Below, one piece after another: positions 39,369 to 48,428 of a stretch of DNA of 64,000 bases. Source of the stretch: Nibricoccus sp. (GTDB lineage Bacteria; Verrucomicrobiota; Verrucomicrobiia; Opitutales; Opitutaceae). The stretch is from NCBI GenBank assembly GCA_047602425.1, contig JASGHG010000001.1:4288001-4352000 (forward strand), written 5' to 3'. The notes under the pieces are model-generated. The model saw only the letters and a list, made by a program, of their open reading frames with translations, did not search any database and had not been told where the DNA came from. The first letter of the stretch is position 1, and every line of letters starts with the position of its first letter. The position numbers and the translations under genes were made by a program.

Positions 39369-39974
39369 GTGAAACAGACGATCGTTACCCTCGACATGGA
39401 AGGCGTGCTCACGCCGGAAATCTGGATTGCCGTGGCTGAAAAGACCGGCATCCCCGAGCTGCGACGCACCACCCGTGACGAACCGGATTACGACAAGCTG
39501 ATGAACGGCCGTCTCGTGCTGCTCGACAAGCACGGCCTGAAACTTTCCGACATTCAAAAGGTCATCGCCTCCCTGCCACTGCTGCCGGGCGCGCGCGAAT
39601 TTCTCGACGAACTCCGTTCGCTCACACAGGTCCTGATTTTGTCCGATACGTTTGAGCAATTTGCCGCGCCCTTGATGCGACAATTGGGCATGCCGACTCT
39701 TTTGTGCCATCGACTGGTTGTGGAAAACGACCGTATCACGGGCTACAAAATTCGTATCCCGGAACAGAAACAAAAAGCCGTCGCGGCCTTCAAGCTGATG
39801 AATTACCGGGTGATTGCCGCGGGCGATTCATTCAACGACACCGCGATGCTGGGCGAGGCCGATGTGGGATTTTTATTCCACGCGCCGCTGAACATCACAC
39901 AGCAGTTTCCGCATTTCCGCGCGCTCGACACCTATCGCGACCTGCTCGACGCGATCAAGGCTCAGTTGACCTGA
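39369..39974 (+). CDS. thrH: Phosphoserine phosphatase / homoserine phosphotransferase
   Basis: LDMEGVLTPEIW, TTRDEPDYD.LM, ILSDTF, AAGDSFND; GTG start 39369. Confidence 0.92.
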   Translation: MKQTIVTLDMEGVLTPEIWIAVAEKTGIPELRRTTRDEPDYDKLMNGRLVLLDKHGLKLSDIQKVIASLPLLPGAREFLDELRSLTQVLILSDTFEQFAAPLMRQLGMPTLLCHRLVVENDRITGYKIRIPEQKQKAVAAFKLMNYRVIAAGDSFNDTAMLGEADVGFLFHAPLNITQQFPHFRALDTYRDLLDAIKAQLT

Positions 39975-40005
39975 GATTGACGGTGCCCTAGACGTGGTGT
40001 TGGGA

Positions 40006-40887
40006 ATGGAAACCAATATCAAAAGCAGAAATAAAATCTGGATTTTCGGGTTGGTGGTGCTGCTGTTGGTTGGCGTTTTTCTGATCCGGGAACTGCAAAA
40101 CGCACGCGATGAAGAAGCTCTGGTGACGAAACAAATTGCGGAGTTGCGCGAGCGAATGGAGAGAGCCACGGCTGTCGTTGCAGGGCAGGCCGATGAGACT
40201 GATACAGTTACTCAGGTACAAAAGCCAGCTGCTAACCGTGCTAACCGGGTCGAGGGAGACGTCTCACATGGCAAAGACCCTGGGTTGGTTATGCTGGCGG
40301 ATCCGGAACTCAGGAAGGCGTACATGGTGGGACAGTACGTTTCGATCGATAAAATGTACGCAGATTTTTTTCAGCGACTCCATTCCACTGGAGGCGACGT
40401 TCGGCGTCTGCGTGAGCTGATAGCGGAGAAGTGGGTTCGGCGCCGAGAAATTTGGGAAGACATCAAGGCACGTGGTTTCGAAGATTCGGCTCAACTCGAT
40501 GTGATGCGCGCAGAGGCTACTGCGGACGTATTGCAGGAGATCGATCAGGTTCTTGGGCCGGAAAACGCGGCAGCATTCCGGCACTACGAAGAAACGGATG
40601 CTCACCGCGGGCATCTCAAAGATCTGAGGGAACTTCTGGCGAATGGACCGTCGGCGCTCGACGATTCGCAGGTGGAGCGCCTGGTGGAATTGTGGTCGAG
40701 TACTGCGAAACCCCTTCATCCGAATCTACGGTACACGGTTCCCGACTCGATGGTGGTCGAGGCCAGTCACTTCCTCACGCGGGCGCAAATGGAAGCGTTG
40801 AGCAAATTTAAGGCCAGCCAACAGGCCAAAGCGGAATACATCGCTCTGAAGCTAGGTGAGGCGCGGTTTAGGAACGGATCCAAATGA
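40006..40887 (+). CDS. Hypothetical membrane-anchored helical protein (paralog A)
   Basis: N-terminal TM, coiled coil, helical C-terminal domain; similar to the next gene. Confidence 0.75.
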   Translation: METNIKSRNKIWIFGLVVLLLVGVFLIRELQNARDEEALVTKQIAELRERMERATAVVAGQADETDTVTQVQKPAANRANRVEGDVSHGKDPGLVMLADPELRKAYMVGQYVSIDKMYADFFQRLHSTGGDVRRLRELIAEKWVRRREIWEDIKARGFEDSAQLDVMRAEATADVLQEIDQVLGPENAAAFRHYEETDAHRGHLKDLRELLANGPSALDDSQVERLVELWSSTAKPLHPNLRYTVPDSMVVEASHFLTRAQMEALSKFKASQQAKAEYIALKLGEARFRNGSK

Positions 40888-41771
40888 AAATGGAGCCACA
40901 GTCCACCGAACCAGTTACCAGGAGTTATTTCCCGAAGCGCGGGGTACTGGTGATTTTGGTGCTGCTTGCGGCTGTTTTTGACGGGATGCTTTTCAACAGG
41001 CTCGGAGGGGCTCGTCGCGAGCGTGAAGAAGCGGCGATGGAATACCGCGAGCTTCAGCGCAAGTTTGAGGAAACGCGCGCGCGCACGCGTACAGTTGCCG
41101 CGCGCTCTGAAAAACTAGCGCCACCGGCGAAGACCGAGCCCATCCCTGCGGCTCCAGAGATTATTTTGGACGAAAGTTTCCCCGGACGCTACGTCGCGAC
41201 GCTCTTGGCGGTGCGAGAAGAAGTGAAATACGGCCGCGCTTTTCGCGCGATGGGCTTCGATGTTGAAACTCAGGCCCGGCTGTATCAATTGCTCGCGGAG
41301 AAAGTGGCGGTTCAGTCCGACTTGCGAGAGATTATGGGCGAACAAGGTATTGACCGGACGACAGCTGAGGGGCGGAAGAAATATTTTTCAGGCTTGCGCG
41401 ACGCAGATGGTAAAATCGAGGCTGAGATCAAAGATTTTCTCGGTGCTGAGAAATACGAGGCATACCGCACCGCGATCGAGCAGCGTGGCGTGTATGACTA
41501 CATTGAAAAGTTGAGTCTGCGGTTGCGTAGCGGCGGTGAGTCACTCAGCGCCGAACAAAATTCAGCTATGCTAGCGATTATCGCCAAAGGCTGCGGAGAC
41601 CCAACGTTCATGCTCATAAATCCGACGTTGCCTGCCGAGGTGATGGAGCAACTTAAAACCACACTCTCCCAAGCGCAGTATAAAGCATTAACCGACATCG
41701 AAAACGAAATGGCTTACTATCGCGCAGGGCAAATGGAAGCACGGCGGCGTATGCAGAACCAAATCCCGTAG
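40884..41771 (+). CDS. Hypothetical membrane-anchored helical protein (paralog B)
   Basis: ATGA overlap with paralog A; same architecture (LLAEK, I..xLG.E, L...Q motifs). Confidence 0.75.
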   Translation: MKMEPQSTEPVTRSYFPKRGVLVILVLLAAVFDGMLFNRLGGARREREEAAMEYRELQRKFEETRARTRTVAARSEKLAPPAKTEPIPAAPEIILDESFPGRYVATLLAVREEVKYGRAFRAMGFDVETQARLYQLLAEKVAVQSDLREIMGEQGIDRTTAEGRKKYFSGLRDADGKIEAEIKDFLGAEKYEAYRTAIEQRGVYDYIEKLSLRLRSGGESLSAEQNSAMLAIIAKGCGDPTFMLINPTLPAEVMEQLKTTLSQAQYKALTDIENEMAYYRAGQMEARRRMQNQIP

Positions 41772-41775
41772 GCAA

Positions 41776-41805
41776 CCGCACGAACTCGGTTGGTTGTTCG
41801 TGCGG
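41776..41805. terminator. Hairpin between convergent genes
   Basis: CCGCACGAAC-N10-GTTCGTGCGG. Confidence 0.55.
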
Positions 41806-41821
41806 GTTTGCACGAGATAGC

Positions 41822-42247
41822 TCAACTCGCCAAAGCGGGTTCGTGCAGCACCGGCCGGGCGTGCTCGGGCCAGTTGCTGATCACGAATTCGGCAAGCTTT
41901 TTCCAGTGGAGCGGCTTGCGCAGGATGCCTTTGAGACCGGGCAGATGTTCGAGTTCGTCGGTGTCGAAGTCGATCGTGCCGCCGGTGATGATCACGGAGT
42001 GGCAGTCGGGAACGAAATGCTGGGCCTGGGCGAGGAATTTCAGTCCGTTCATGCCCGGCATCAAATAGTCGGAGATGATCATGCCCGGATTGAGTTGAGT
42101 GATTTGCTGGAGCGCGGTCTGCGGCGAAGGGAACGTGTAGACAGGGCAGGACAGGTGATTCCGCAGGAGCTGACCGAACGATTCAAGGATCAGCGGTTCG
42201 TCGTCCACGAGGAAGAGAGAACGGCTCGGATGATCTGGAGAAGTCAT
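41822..42247 (-). CDS. Single-domain response regulator
   Basis: LVDDE, ISDYLMPGMNG, ITG, LRKP. Confidence 0.9.
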   Translation of the reverse strand: MTSPDHPSRSLFLVDDEPLILESFGQLLRNHLSCPVYTFPSPQTALQQITQLNPGMIISDYLMPGMNGLKFLAQAQHFVPDCHSVIITGGTIDFDTDELEHLPGLKGILRKPLHWKKLAEFVISNWPEHARPVLHEPALAS

Positions 42248-42354
42248 GGCGTATGTCGTTTTGTTCGTTACGCGCTGTTCTCCGGGGCATCGAGCCAGCG
42301 CTGCGTCTTAATTGTGGCGTTGCATTCGTTGTCTTTATTTAATTACCAAAAAAG

Positions 42355-42819
42355 ATGCTGCACATTACACTTTTTCAACCGGAGATCCCACAAAACACGG
42401 GAAATGTAGGCCGGATGTGTGCGCTAACGAAGACGCGTTTGCATTTGATCCATCCCCTCGGTTTCAAAATCACGGATCGCAATTTGAAGCGCGCGGGAAT
42501 GGATTATTGGTTTTCACTGGATGTTCATGAACACGCTGATTGGAAGGCGTTTATGGCGAGTCCAGCCGCGCCAAAACGGCTTTGGCTTTTCACCACAAAA
42601 GCGACAAAAACGTTCTGGGATGTACGCTTCGAAGACGGTGATGGACTGGTGTTTGGCAATGAAGGTTCGGGTGCGCCGGAATGGCTGCACACAGAAATTG
42701 GAGAATCCCAGCGAGTAACGATTCCCCATGCCAATCCCGCCCTTCGCTCGCTAAACCTAAGCACCGCTGCCGGAATCGCCTGTTACGAGGCATTGCGGCA
42801 AGTGGGAATGCCAGGATGA
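42355..42819 (+). CDS. trmL: tRNA (cytidine/uridine-34 2'-O)-methyltransferase
   Basis: PEIPQNTGN, RAGMDYW, FGNEGSG, RSLNLS. Confidence 0.95.
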   Translation: MLHITLFQPEIPQNTGNVGRMCALTKTRLHLIHPLGFKITDRNLKRAGMDYWFSLDVHEHADWKAFMASPAAPKRLWLFTTKATKTFWDVRFEDGDGLVFGNEGSGAPEWLHTEIGESQRVTIPHANPALRSLNLSTAAGIACYEALRQVGMPG

Positions 42820-42825
42820 AATCTT

Positions 42826-43818
42826 TTAATTAATTTCGTTTACGCGCACGCAAGCGACCTCGCGAGTGGGGTCGGCGGGGATGAGCGGCGGGACGGCGAC
42901 TTTGCATTTTTCCTGCGCGAAGGTGCAGCGCGGATGAAAAGGACAGCCGCGCGGCGGATTGACCGGAGAAGGCGGATCGCCAGGCAGGACGATGCGTTGG
43001 CGAGCGCGCTCGACGTCGGGGTTGGGCGTGGGCACGGCGCTGATCAACGCCTTTGTGTACGGGTGGAGCGGGCGTTCGATCACATCGACGGCTTTGCCGA
43101 GCTCGACGATTTTTCCGAGATACATCACGGCGATGCGGTCGGAAATGTGTTTCACCACGGAAAGATCGTGGGCGATGAAAACAAGGCTGAGCCCCATCTT
43201 TTTCACGAGGCTGGCGAGGAGATTGAGAATTTGTGCCTGGATTGAAACATCGAGCGCGGAAACCGGTTCGTCGGCGACGATCACGCGCGGTTGCAGGGCC
43301 AGGGCGCGGGCAATGGCGATGCGCTGGCGCTGGCCGCCTGAAAATTCGTGCGGGTATTTCCGCATGAAACGGGGCGCGAGGCCGACCAGGGTCATGAGCT
43401 CGGCGACGCGGGCGGGAACCTCCGGGCGTGGACATACTTTGTGGACAAGGAGTGGTTCGGCCAGCGTGGCGAAGACCGTCATGCGCGGGTTGAGCGACGC
43501 GTAAGGGTCTTGGAAAACCATTTGGAGGTGTCGCCGGGCTTCCTGAATTTCGTCGTCGGAGCCCGCGGTGAGATTTTTGCCTTCAAGAACGATCGAGCCT
43601 CCGGTGGTCGGGACGAGTTGAAGGATGGTCCGGGCGAGGGTGGATTTTCCGCAGCCGGATTCGCCGACGAGGCCGAGCACTTCACCGCGTGCGAGCGTGA
43701 GCGTGACGCCATCGACGGCCTTCACCGCGCCATGGTGGCGTTTGACAAGAAAGCCCTTCGTAATCGGGAAGTGCGTCTTGACGTCGGTGAGTTGGAGAAT
43801 GGGCTCGGTGACAGGCAT
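42826..43818 (-). CDS. oppF: Oligopeptide ABC transporter ATP-binding protein (OppF/DppF-like)
   Basis: [41 protein letters not shown]. Confidence 0.9.
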   Translation of the reverse strand: MPVTEPILQLTDVKTHFPITKGFLVKRHHGAVKAVDGVTLTLARGEVLGLVGESGCGKSTLARTILQLVPTTGGSIVLEGKNLTAGSDDEIQEARRHLQMVFQDPYASLNPRMTVFATLAEPLLVHKVCPRPEVPARVAELMTLVGLAPRFMRKYPHEFSGGQRQRIAIARALALQPRVIVADEPVSALDVSIQAQILNLLASLVKKMGLSLVFIAHDLSVVKHISDRIAVMYLGKIVELGKAVDVIERPLHPYTKALISAVPTPNPDVERARQRIVLPGDPPSPVNPPRGCPFHPRCTFAQEKCKVAVPPLIPADPTREVACVRVNEIN

Positions 43819-43829
43819 CGGAAATTTTC

Positions 43830-44220
43830 TTTAACCACGGATTACACGGACGGGCACGGATACAATCATCGAACAATCCTTTTCCAACGAAGGTCGTTGT
43901 GCTTAAAATTGAGAAGAAGAGCGAGACGAAGGTTAGTTATAGCAAGGTAGCCGATCATTTGGGACACATGCGTGGGGCCGAATTCCTCCACGACTTTTGG
44001 ATCAACAACGACCTGATCGTTGATAATCAAATCGGGTATCAACTTGTCCACAATCTGTCCCTCGTACAGTACATCGAATTGTTTTTGCTGTTCAACTCGG
44101 TGGCCTCGCTTGCCGAGTTCTATCACGAGCGCGTTTTCGTAAGCTTTTTCATTTAGGCCGGGCTCGCTTAGCTCTGCATATAGTATCTTAGCCGTGCTCA
44201 TCCGTGTAATCCGTGTTAAA
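43830..44220. mobile_element. Putative cassette: GxxExxY gene flanked by ~31-bp inverted repeats built from 9/10-mers
   Basis: TTTAACCACGGATTACACGGACGGGCACGGAT vs reverse complement TTTAACACGGATTACACGGATGAGCACGGCT; sits between oppD and oppF. Confidence 0.6.
43866..44201 (-). CDS. GxxExxY protein (PD-(D/E)XK-like); possibly internally deleted
   Basis: PGLNEKAYENALVIEL, PDLII...VVDPK, H.SQMIGYL, LLLNF; ATG lies inside the flanking repeat. Confidence 0.85.
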   Translation of the reverse strand: MSTAKILYAELSEPGLNEKAYENALVIELGKRGHRVEQQKQFDVLYEGQIVDKLIPDLIINDQVVVDPKVVEEFGPTHVSQMIGYLAITNLRLALLLNFKHNDLRWKRIVR

Positions 44221-44228
44221 AAAGAAAG

Positions 44229-45203
44229 CTAGATTTCTCCGGCCTGAACGCGGAGGCAGGCGTGGGGATGATCGGAGTTTTGGGAGGTGAGGGCGGGTGT
44301 TTCGATGTGGCAGCGAGCGATGGCGTATTCGCAGCGGGGAGCAAAGGGGCAGCCGGGGAGCGGCTTGGAAAGATCCGGCGGCAGGCCCGCGATCGTGTAG
44401 AGTTCGGCGCCTTTCGGCTGGAGCGAGGGGATGGAGCGCTGAAGGGCGCGGGTATAGGGATGTTTTGGTTGGTAGAAAAGAGTTCGGGTATCGCCGGTTT
44501 CGACGATGCGGCCGGCGTACATGACTTGCACGCGGTCGCAAAGCCCGGAGATCACGCCGAGATCGTGGGTGATGAAGATCACGGCCATGCCGAGTTCGCG
44601 CTGCATTTTTTTGATGAGTTCGAGGATTTGCGCCTGCACGGTGACATCGAGCGCCGTGGTGGGCTCGTCCGCAATGAGAAGTTCGGGCTTGGTGATGAGA
44701 GCCATGGCAATCATCACGCGCTGACGCATGCCGCCGGAAAACTCGTGGGGGTAGGAATTGATTCGGTTGACGGCGTCATTCACCCCTACGGCGGTGAGCA
44801 TTTCGAGGGCGCGATCGAGGGCAAGTTTGCGGGAAATTTTTTCGTGGATCCGAAGTGGCTCGATGATCTGCTCGGAGATGCGCAGGTACGGATTGAGCGA
44901 CGTCATCGGATCCTGGAAGATCATTGCAATGCGCTTGCCGCGAAGGGCACGGGCTTGTTTCGGCTTACAATGCAGGAGATCGACACCGTCGAAAAAGGCC
45001 GTCCCGCTTTCGATCCGACCGGGCGGCTGCGGAATGAGCCCCATCAACGAATAACAGGTGACGGATTTTCCGCAGCCGGATTCGCCGACGATGCCGAGCG
45101 TTTCGCCGCGATTCAGCTCGAAACTGACGCCGTCCACCGCGCGATAAACGCCGTTGCGCGTGTGGAAATAGGTGCGGAGGTCGTTGACGGCGAGCAAAGG
45201 CAT
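44229..45203 (-). CDS. oppD: Oligopeptide ABC transporter ATP-binding protein (OppD/DppD-like)
   Basis: [44 protein letters not shown]. Confidence 0.9.
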   Translation of the reverse strand: MPLLAVNDLRTYFHTRNGVYRAVDGVSFELNRGETLGIVGESGCGKSVTCYSLMGLIPQPPGRIESGTAFFDGVDLLHCKPKQARALRGKRIAMIFQDPMTSLNPYLRISEQIIEPLRIHEKISRKLALDRALEMLTAVGVNDAVNRINSYPHEFSGGMRQRVMIAMALITKPELLIADEPTTALDVTVQAQILELIKKMQRELGMAVIFITHDLGVISGLCDRVQVMYAGRIVETGDTRTLFYQPKHPYTRALQRSIPSLQPKGAELYTIAGLPPDLSKPLPGCPFAPRCEYAIARCHIETPALTSQNSDHPHACLRVQAGEI

Positions 45204-45218
45204 GGTGGAGGCAGGCGG

Positions 45219-47204
45219 TTAGAGGCCGGAAGCCAGAGGCCGGAGGTCAGAAGTCGGAGATCGGGAGCCGGAGGCGAGGAGGCGTTGCGTGGCTTCGAGG
45301 ACGGTGGTAGGCGCAAGATCGATGAGCGAGGCGCTGCCGGTTTTAGGGCAATTCGGTGGTTGTAGAATTTCGAAAGGCGCGGAGAAAACAGGGCCGGTAC
45401 GCACTGGATTGGTGGGGCCGAAAAGAGCAAGCAGCGGGACGCCGAGGGCATTGGCGAGATGCATGCCGCCGGTGTCGTTGGTGATCAGCAATCGGCAGGA
45501 GCGAAGTTTCTCAATGTAAGCAGGCAGATTGGTTTTGCCCGCAAGGTCGTGAACGCGTGCGGAATCGAGACCGGCGGCGATGGCCGCGGTGATCGAGCGG
45601 TCGTTGGCGGTTCCCAGGAGGAGAAACTCGGCGTCGGGATGTTTTTCGAGGAGTTGCGCGAGAAGGTTGCGCCAGTGTTCCACGGGCCAGCGTTTTTCCG
45701 GATTGTTTTCCGAACCGGCGATCAGGCCGATGGCGGTCGAGAATCGAAGGTCTTGGAACGAAGGTGCTGCGGGGCTTTGCGATTTGGAACTGGGCGACTG
45801 CGGTTCGCGGAGGAGCGGACCGTCGAGCCCGAAAGCGCGAAGAAAATTTTCCCAAAGTTCGAGCTGGTGATGTTCGCGTTCGTCGAAATTGGCCGGAACG
45901 GCGTAAGTGCGCGTGAGCAACGGGCGATGTTTTCCGGGACGGAGGATGCCGAAGCGCTGGCGACAGCCAGTGAGCCAGGCCTCGAGGTCGCCGCGGAGGG
46001 AATTGGTGAAAAGCAGGTAGATGTCGGGATGGCGTTCGCGAAATTTCCAGAAATGCAGGAAGTAACCGGGACCATGTTGGGGCAGTGCTTCGAGACGGTC
46101 GGCGACCGCCCAGTCTTTTAGCAGCGGGAAAAAGGAGGCTTTGGCGATAAGCGTTATCTCGGCATCGGGCCGGGAGGCGCGGAGGGCGCGAAGGAGCGGA
46201 AGCGCCATGACGACGTCGCCGAGCCAGTTGGGCATGCGGATGAAGAGGCGGGTCTTGTGCGGAACTGTAGCGAGTCCCCGGGAGGCAAGGTCGGCGGCGA
46301 GGAGATTGCGCTTGGATTCGAGGCGCAGACGTTTTTCGGGAATGTCCTGATGGCGCCAGCGGTCGTGGCTCCACAGCCAGGAGGCGCAAAGATTGTCGTC
46401 GGTTGAGAGTTTTGTCTCTAACCAACGGTTTAGGGCGAGCATGGCGCCGGCGGTGGTGCCATCATGGCGGACCTCCTCGGCTTCGAGGCGCAATTTCCAG
46501 AATCCGAGCCTGCGCGGGTAGAACGCCATGATGCGCGCGCCGGAACGTTCGACGAGCATGCCGGAAAGTTCGCTCGTGGAACAAACGCGCCCGAACAGCG
46601 TGGAAAGGGCGCCTTGCAGTCCGGCGTTTTGATCGAAGAGAACGCCAACGACGCCCTTGCGGCGCAAAATGCGAAAGGATTCCGCGAGGCCGTCTTTGCG
46701 CGAGAGCAGGCGCATCCCATGCCGTTCGCGCGTGGCTTTTACCCAGGCGTCGGCGGTAGGATTGTCGAGCGGGCGAAAAATGACGCCGAACTCCGGCATG
46801 GGCACATCCATGAAGAGCCCAAGCGTAGTGAGACTTTCCCAATATGCGATGTGCGGTGCCGCGACAATGAGCGGGTAGGGCTGCGCGTGGTGATCGATAA
46901 AAAACTGCGTGACCTCCGGCGTGGCCGAAGCGATGCGACGAAGACGCGTGTCGGAGATAAATGGCGACGCGAAGGAAAGCAGCGCGGTTTCGACGAAGCG
47001 GCAACTGCTTTGCCGGGCGATCTTCGCCTGCCAAGCGCGAGTGCGTTCTGGGAATGCGTGATCGAGATTGGAAAAAAACAGGCGGCGGCGCCGGCGAAGC
47101 AGGTAAAATATTGCGTGGCCGAGCAACCACGAGAAAGTTCGCAGCAGAAATTGCGGCGTATGGGCGAGCAGCCAACCGATGGATTGGAGAAGAAGTTTAA
47201 GCAC
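45219..47204 (-). CDS. Fusion of a lipid A acyltransferase-like (LpxL/HtrB) domain and a GT9 heptosyltransferase II (WaaF-like) domain
   Basis: N-terminal: PHIAYWE, RPLDNP, LFDQNAG, WLWSHDRW. C-terminal: RMPNWLGDVVM, KRWP, LAGKTNL, TNDTGGMHLA, LFGPT. Confidence 0.85.
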   Translation of the reverse strand: MLKLLLQSIGWLLAHTPQFLLRTFSWLLGHAIFYLLRRRRRLFFSNLDHAFPERTRAWQAKIARQSSCRFVETALLSFASPFISDTRLRRIASATPEVTQFFIDHHAQPYPLIVAAPHIAYWESLTTLGLFMDVPMPEFGVIFRPLDNPTADAWVKATRERHGMRLLSRKDGLAESFRILRRKGVVGVLFDQNAGLQGALSTLFGRVCSTSELSGMLVERSGARIMAFYPRRLGFWKLRLEAEEVRHDGTTAGAMLALNRWLETKLSTDDNLCASWLWSHDRWRHQDIPEKRLRLESKRNLLAADLASRGLATVPHKTRLFIRMPNWLGDVVMALPLLRALRASRPDAEITLIAKASFFPLLKDWAVADRLEALPQHGPGYFLHFWKFRERHPDIYLLFTNSLRGDLEAWLTGCRQRFGILRPGKHRPLLTRTYAVPANFDEREHHQLELWENFLRAFGLDGPLLREPQSPSSKSQSPAAPSFQDLRFSTAIGLIAGSENNPEKRWPVEHWRNLLAQLLEKHPDAEFLLLGTANDRSITAAIAAGLDSARVHDLAGKTNLPAYIEKLRSCRLLITNDTGGMHLANALGVPLLALFGPTNPVRTGPVFSAPFEILQPPNCPKTGSASLIDLAPTTVLEATQRLLASGSRSPTSDLRPLASGL

Positions 47205-47335
47205 GCGGACGAGCAGAGATTGTTGCGATCCCGTGAAAAACAGCGATTATCATTTGATTTTACCGAGGGAAACTTCATCAAACGAAGCCTGTCCGCGGTT
47301 AAAAGAACATTCTTTTCAGCGCGTTCGTTTTAGAA

Positions 47336-48325
47336 ATGACCCAGCTTCTTATCATTAAACCTTCTTCGCTCGGCGACATCGTCCACGGTTTGCAGGTCGC
47401 CACTTCGCTCAAGGCACAAAAGCCCGATCTCCATATTTCCTGGATCGTCCGCGATATTTTCGCCCCGATTGTCCGGGCTTGCGAAGCGGTGGATCGCACG
47501 TACGTCTTTCGGCGAAACGACGGTCCGGGCGGTTTCATGCGCTTGATGAGCCAGGTGCGCGAGACGGAGTTCGATTATGTATTCGATTTTCAAGGACTGC
47601 TGCGCACGGGCTTGATGACTTGGCGCGCGCGGGCGAAAAACAAAATCGGCCGCAGCGACGCACGCGAATGCTCGAGTCTGTTTTATCAACGCACCGTTCC
47701 GCTTCCGCCCATGGGACGGCGCAGCCACGCCATGGATATTTTGCTGCAATTTTGTCCTGCGCTCGACGCGAAACCGGAATTACAGGGCAAATTGAATTTC
47801 AAGCCAGTTGACGGACTGAATCTCAGTTTTCTGGACAGCCGCAGCGGAGCGCGTCCGATCGTGATGTTTCCTGACAGCCGCCGTGCCGAAAAGAAATGGC
47901 ACGGGTTCAAGGAACTCACGGAGCTGATTGCGCGCGATGGCACGGGCCGAAAAGTCATCTGGGCCGGCAACGCTTACGTCGACTGCAAGGACCCGCTGCC
48001 CGATCACCAATTCCTCAATCTTACGGGCAACACCAGCCTGGTGTCGTTGCCCGCGCTGATCAAACGCGCCTCATGGGTCATCAGCAACGACAGCGGTCCG
48101 ATGCATATTGCGGCCGCGCTCGATGTGCCGACCATCGGTATTTTCGGGCCGACCGATCCGCAGCAATACGGACCCTATCCGCTGAACAGCCTCACCAACC
48201 ATGTGATTCAGGCTCCCGTCGGAAATCTAAGAATGCTTTCGGCCAAGGACGTTTATTCCCGTTTCACCAAGCTCGACGGCGCAGAGATGCGTTCGGCCGC
48301 GCCCTTTCCGAATCGCGGCTGGTGA
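47336..48325 (+). CDS. GT9 family (heptosyltransferase I-like) glycosyltransferase
   Basis: KPSSLGDIVH, DFQGLLRT, SNDSGPMHIA, IFGPTDP. Confidence 0.9.
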   Translation: MTQLLIIKPSSLGDIVHGLQVATSLKAQKPDLHISWIVRDIFAPIVRACEAVDRTYVFRRNDGPGGFMRLMSQVRETEFDYVFDFQGLLRTGLMTWRARAKNKIGRSDARECSSLFYQRTVPLPPMGRRSHAMDILLQFCPALDAKPELQGKLNFKPVDGLNLSFLDSRSGARPIVMFPDSRRAEKKWHGFKELTELIARDGTGRKVIWAGNAYVDCKDPLPDHQFLNLTGNTSLVSLPALIKRASWVISNDSGPMHIAAALDVPTIGIFGPTDPQQYGPYPLNSLTNHVIQAPVGNLRMLSAKDVYSRFTKLDGAEMRSAAPFPNRGW

Positions 48326-48428
48326 CCGCGTTTGTCGACGCGCGACGGGTTTTGACGCGGTTGGTTCGTCGCATTCGCTTGCAGAATTTGCGTGAACTGG
48401 CGCGCCCGAACCGTTTTGCTCTTCCCTC

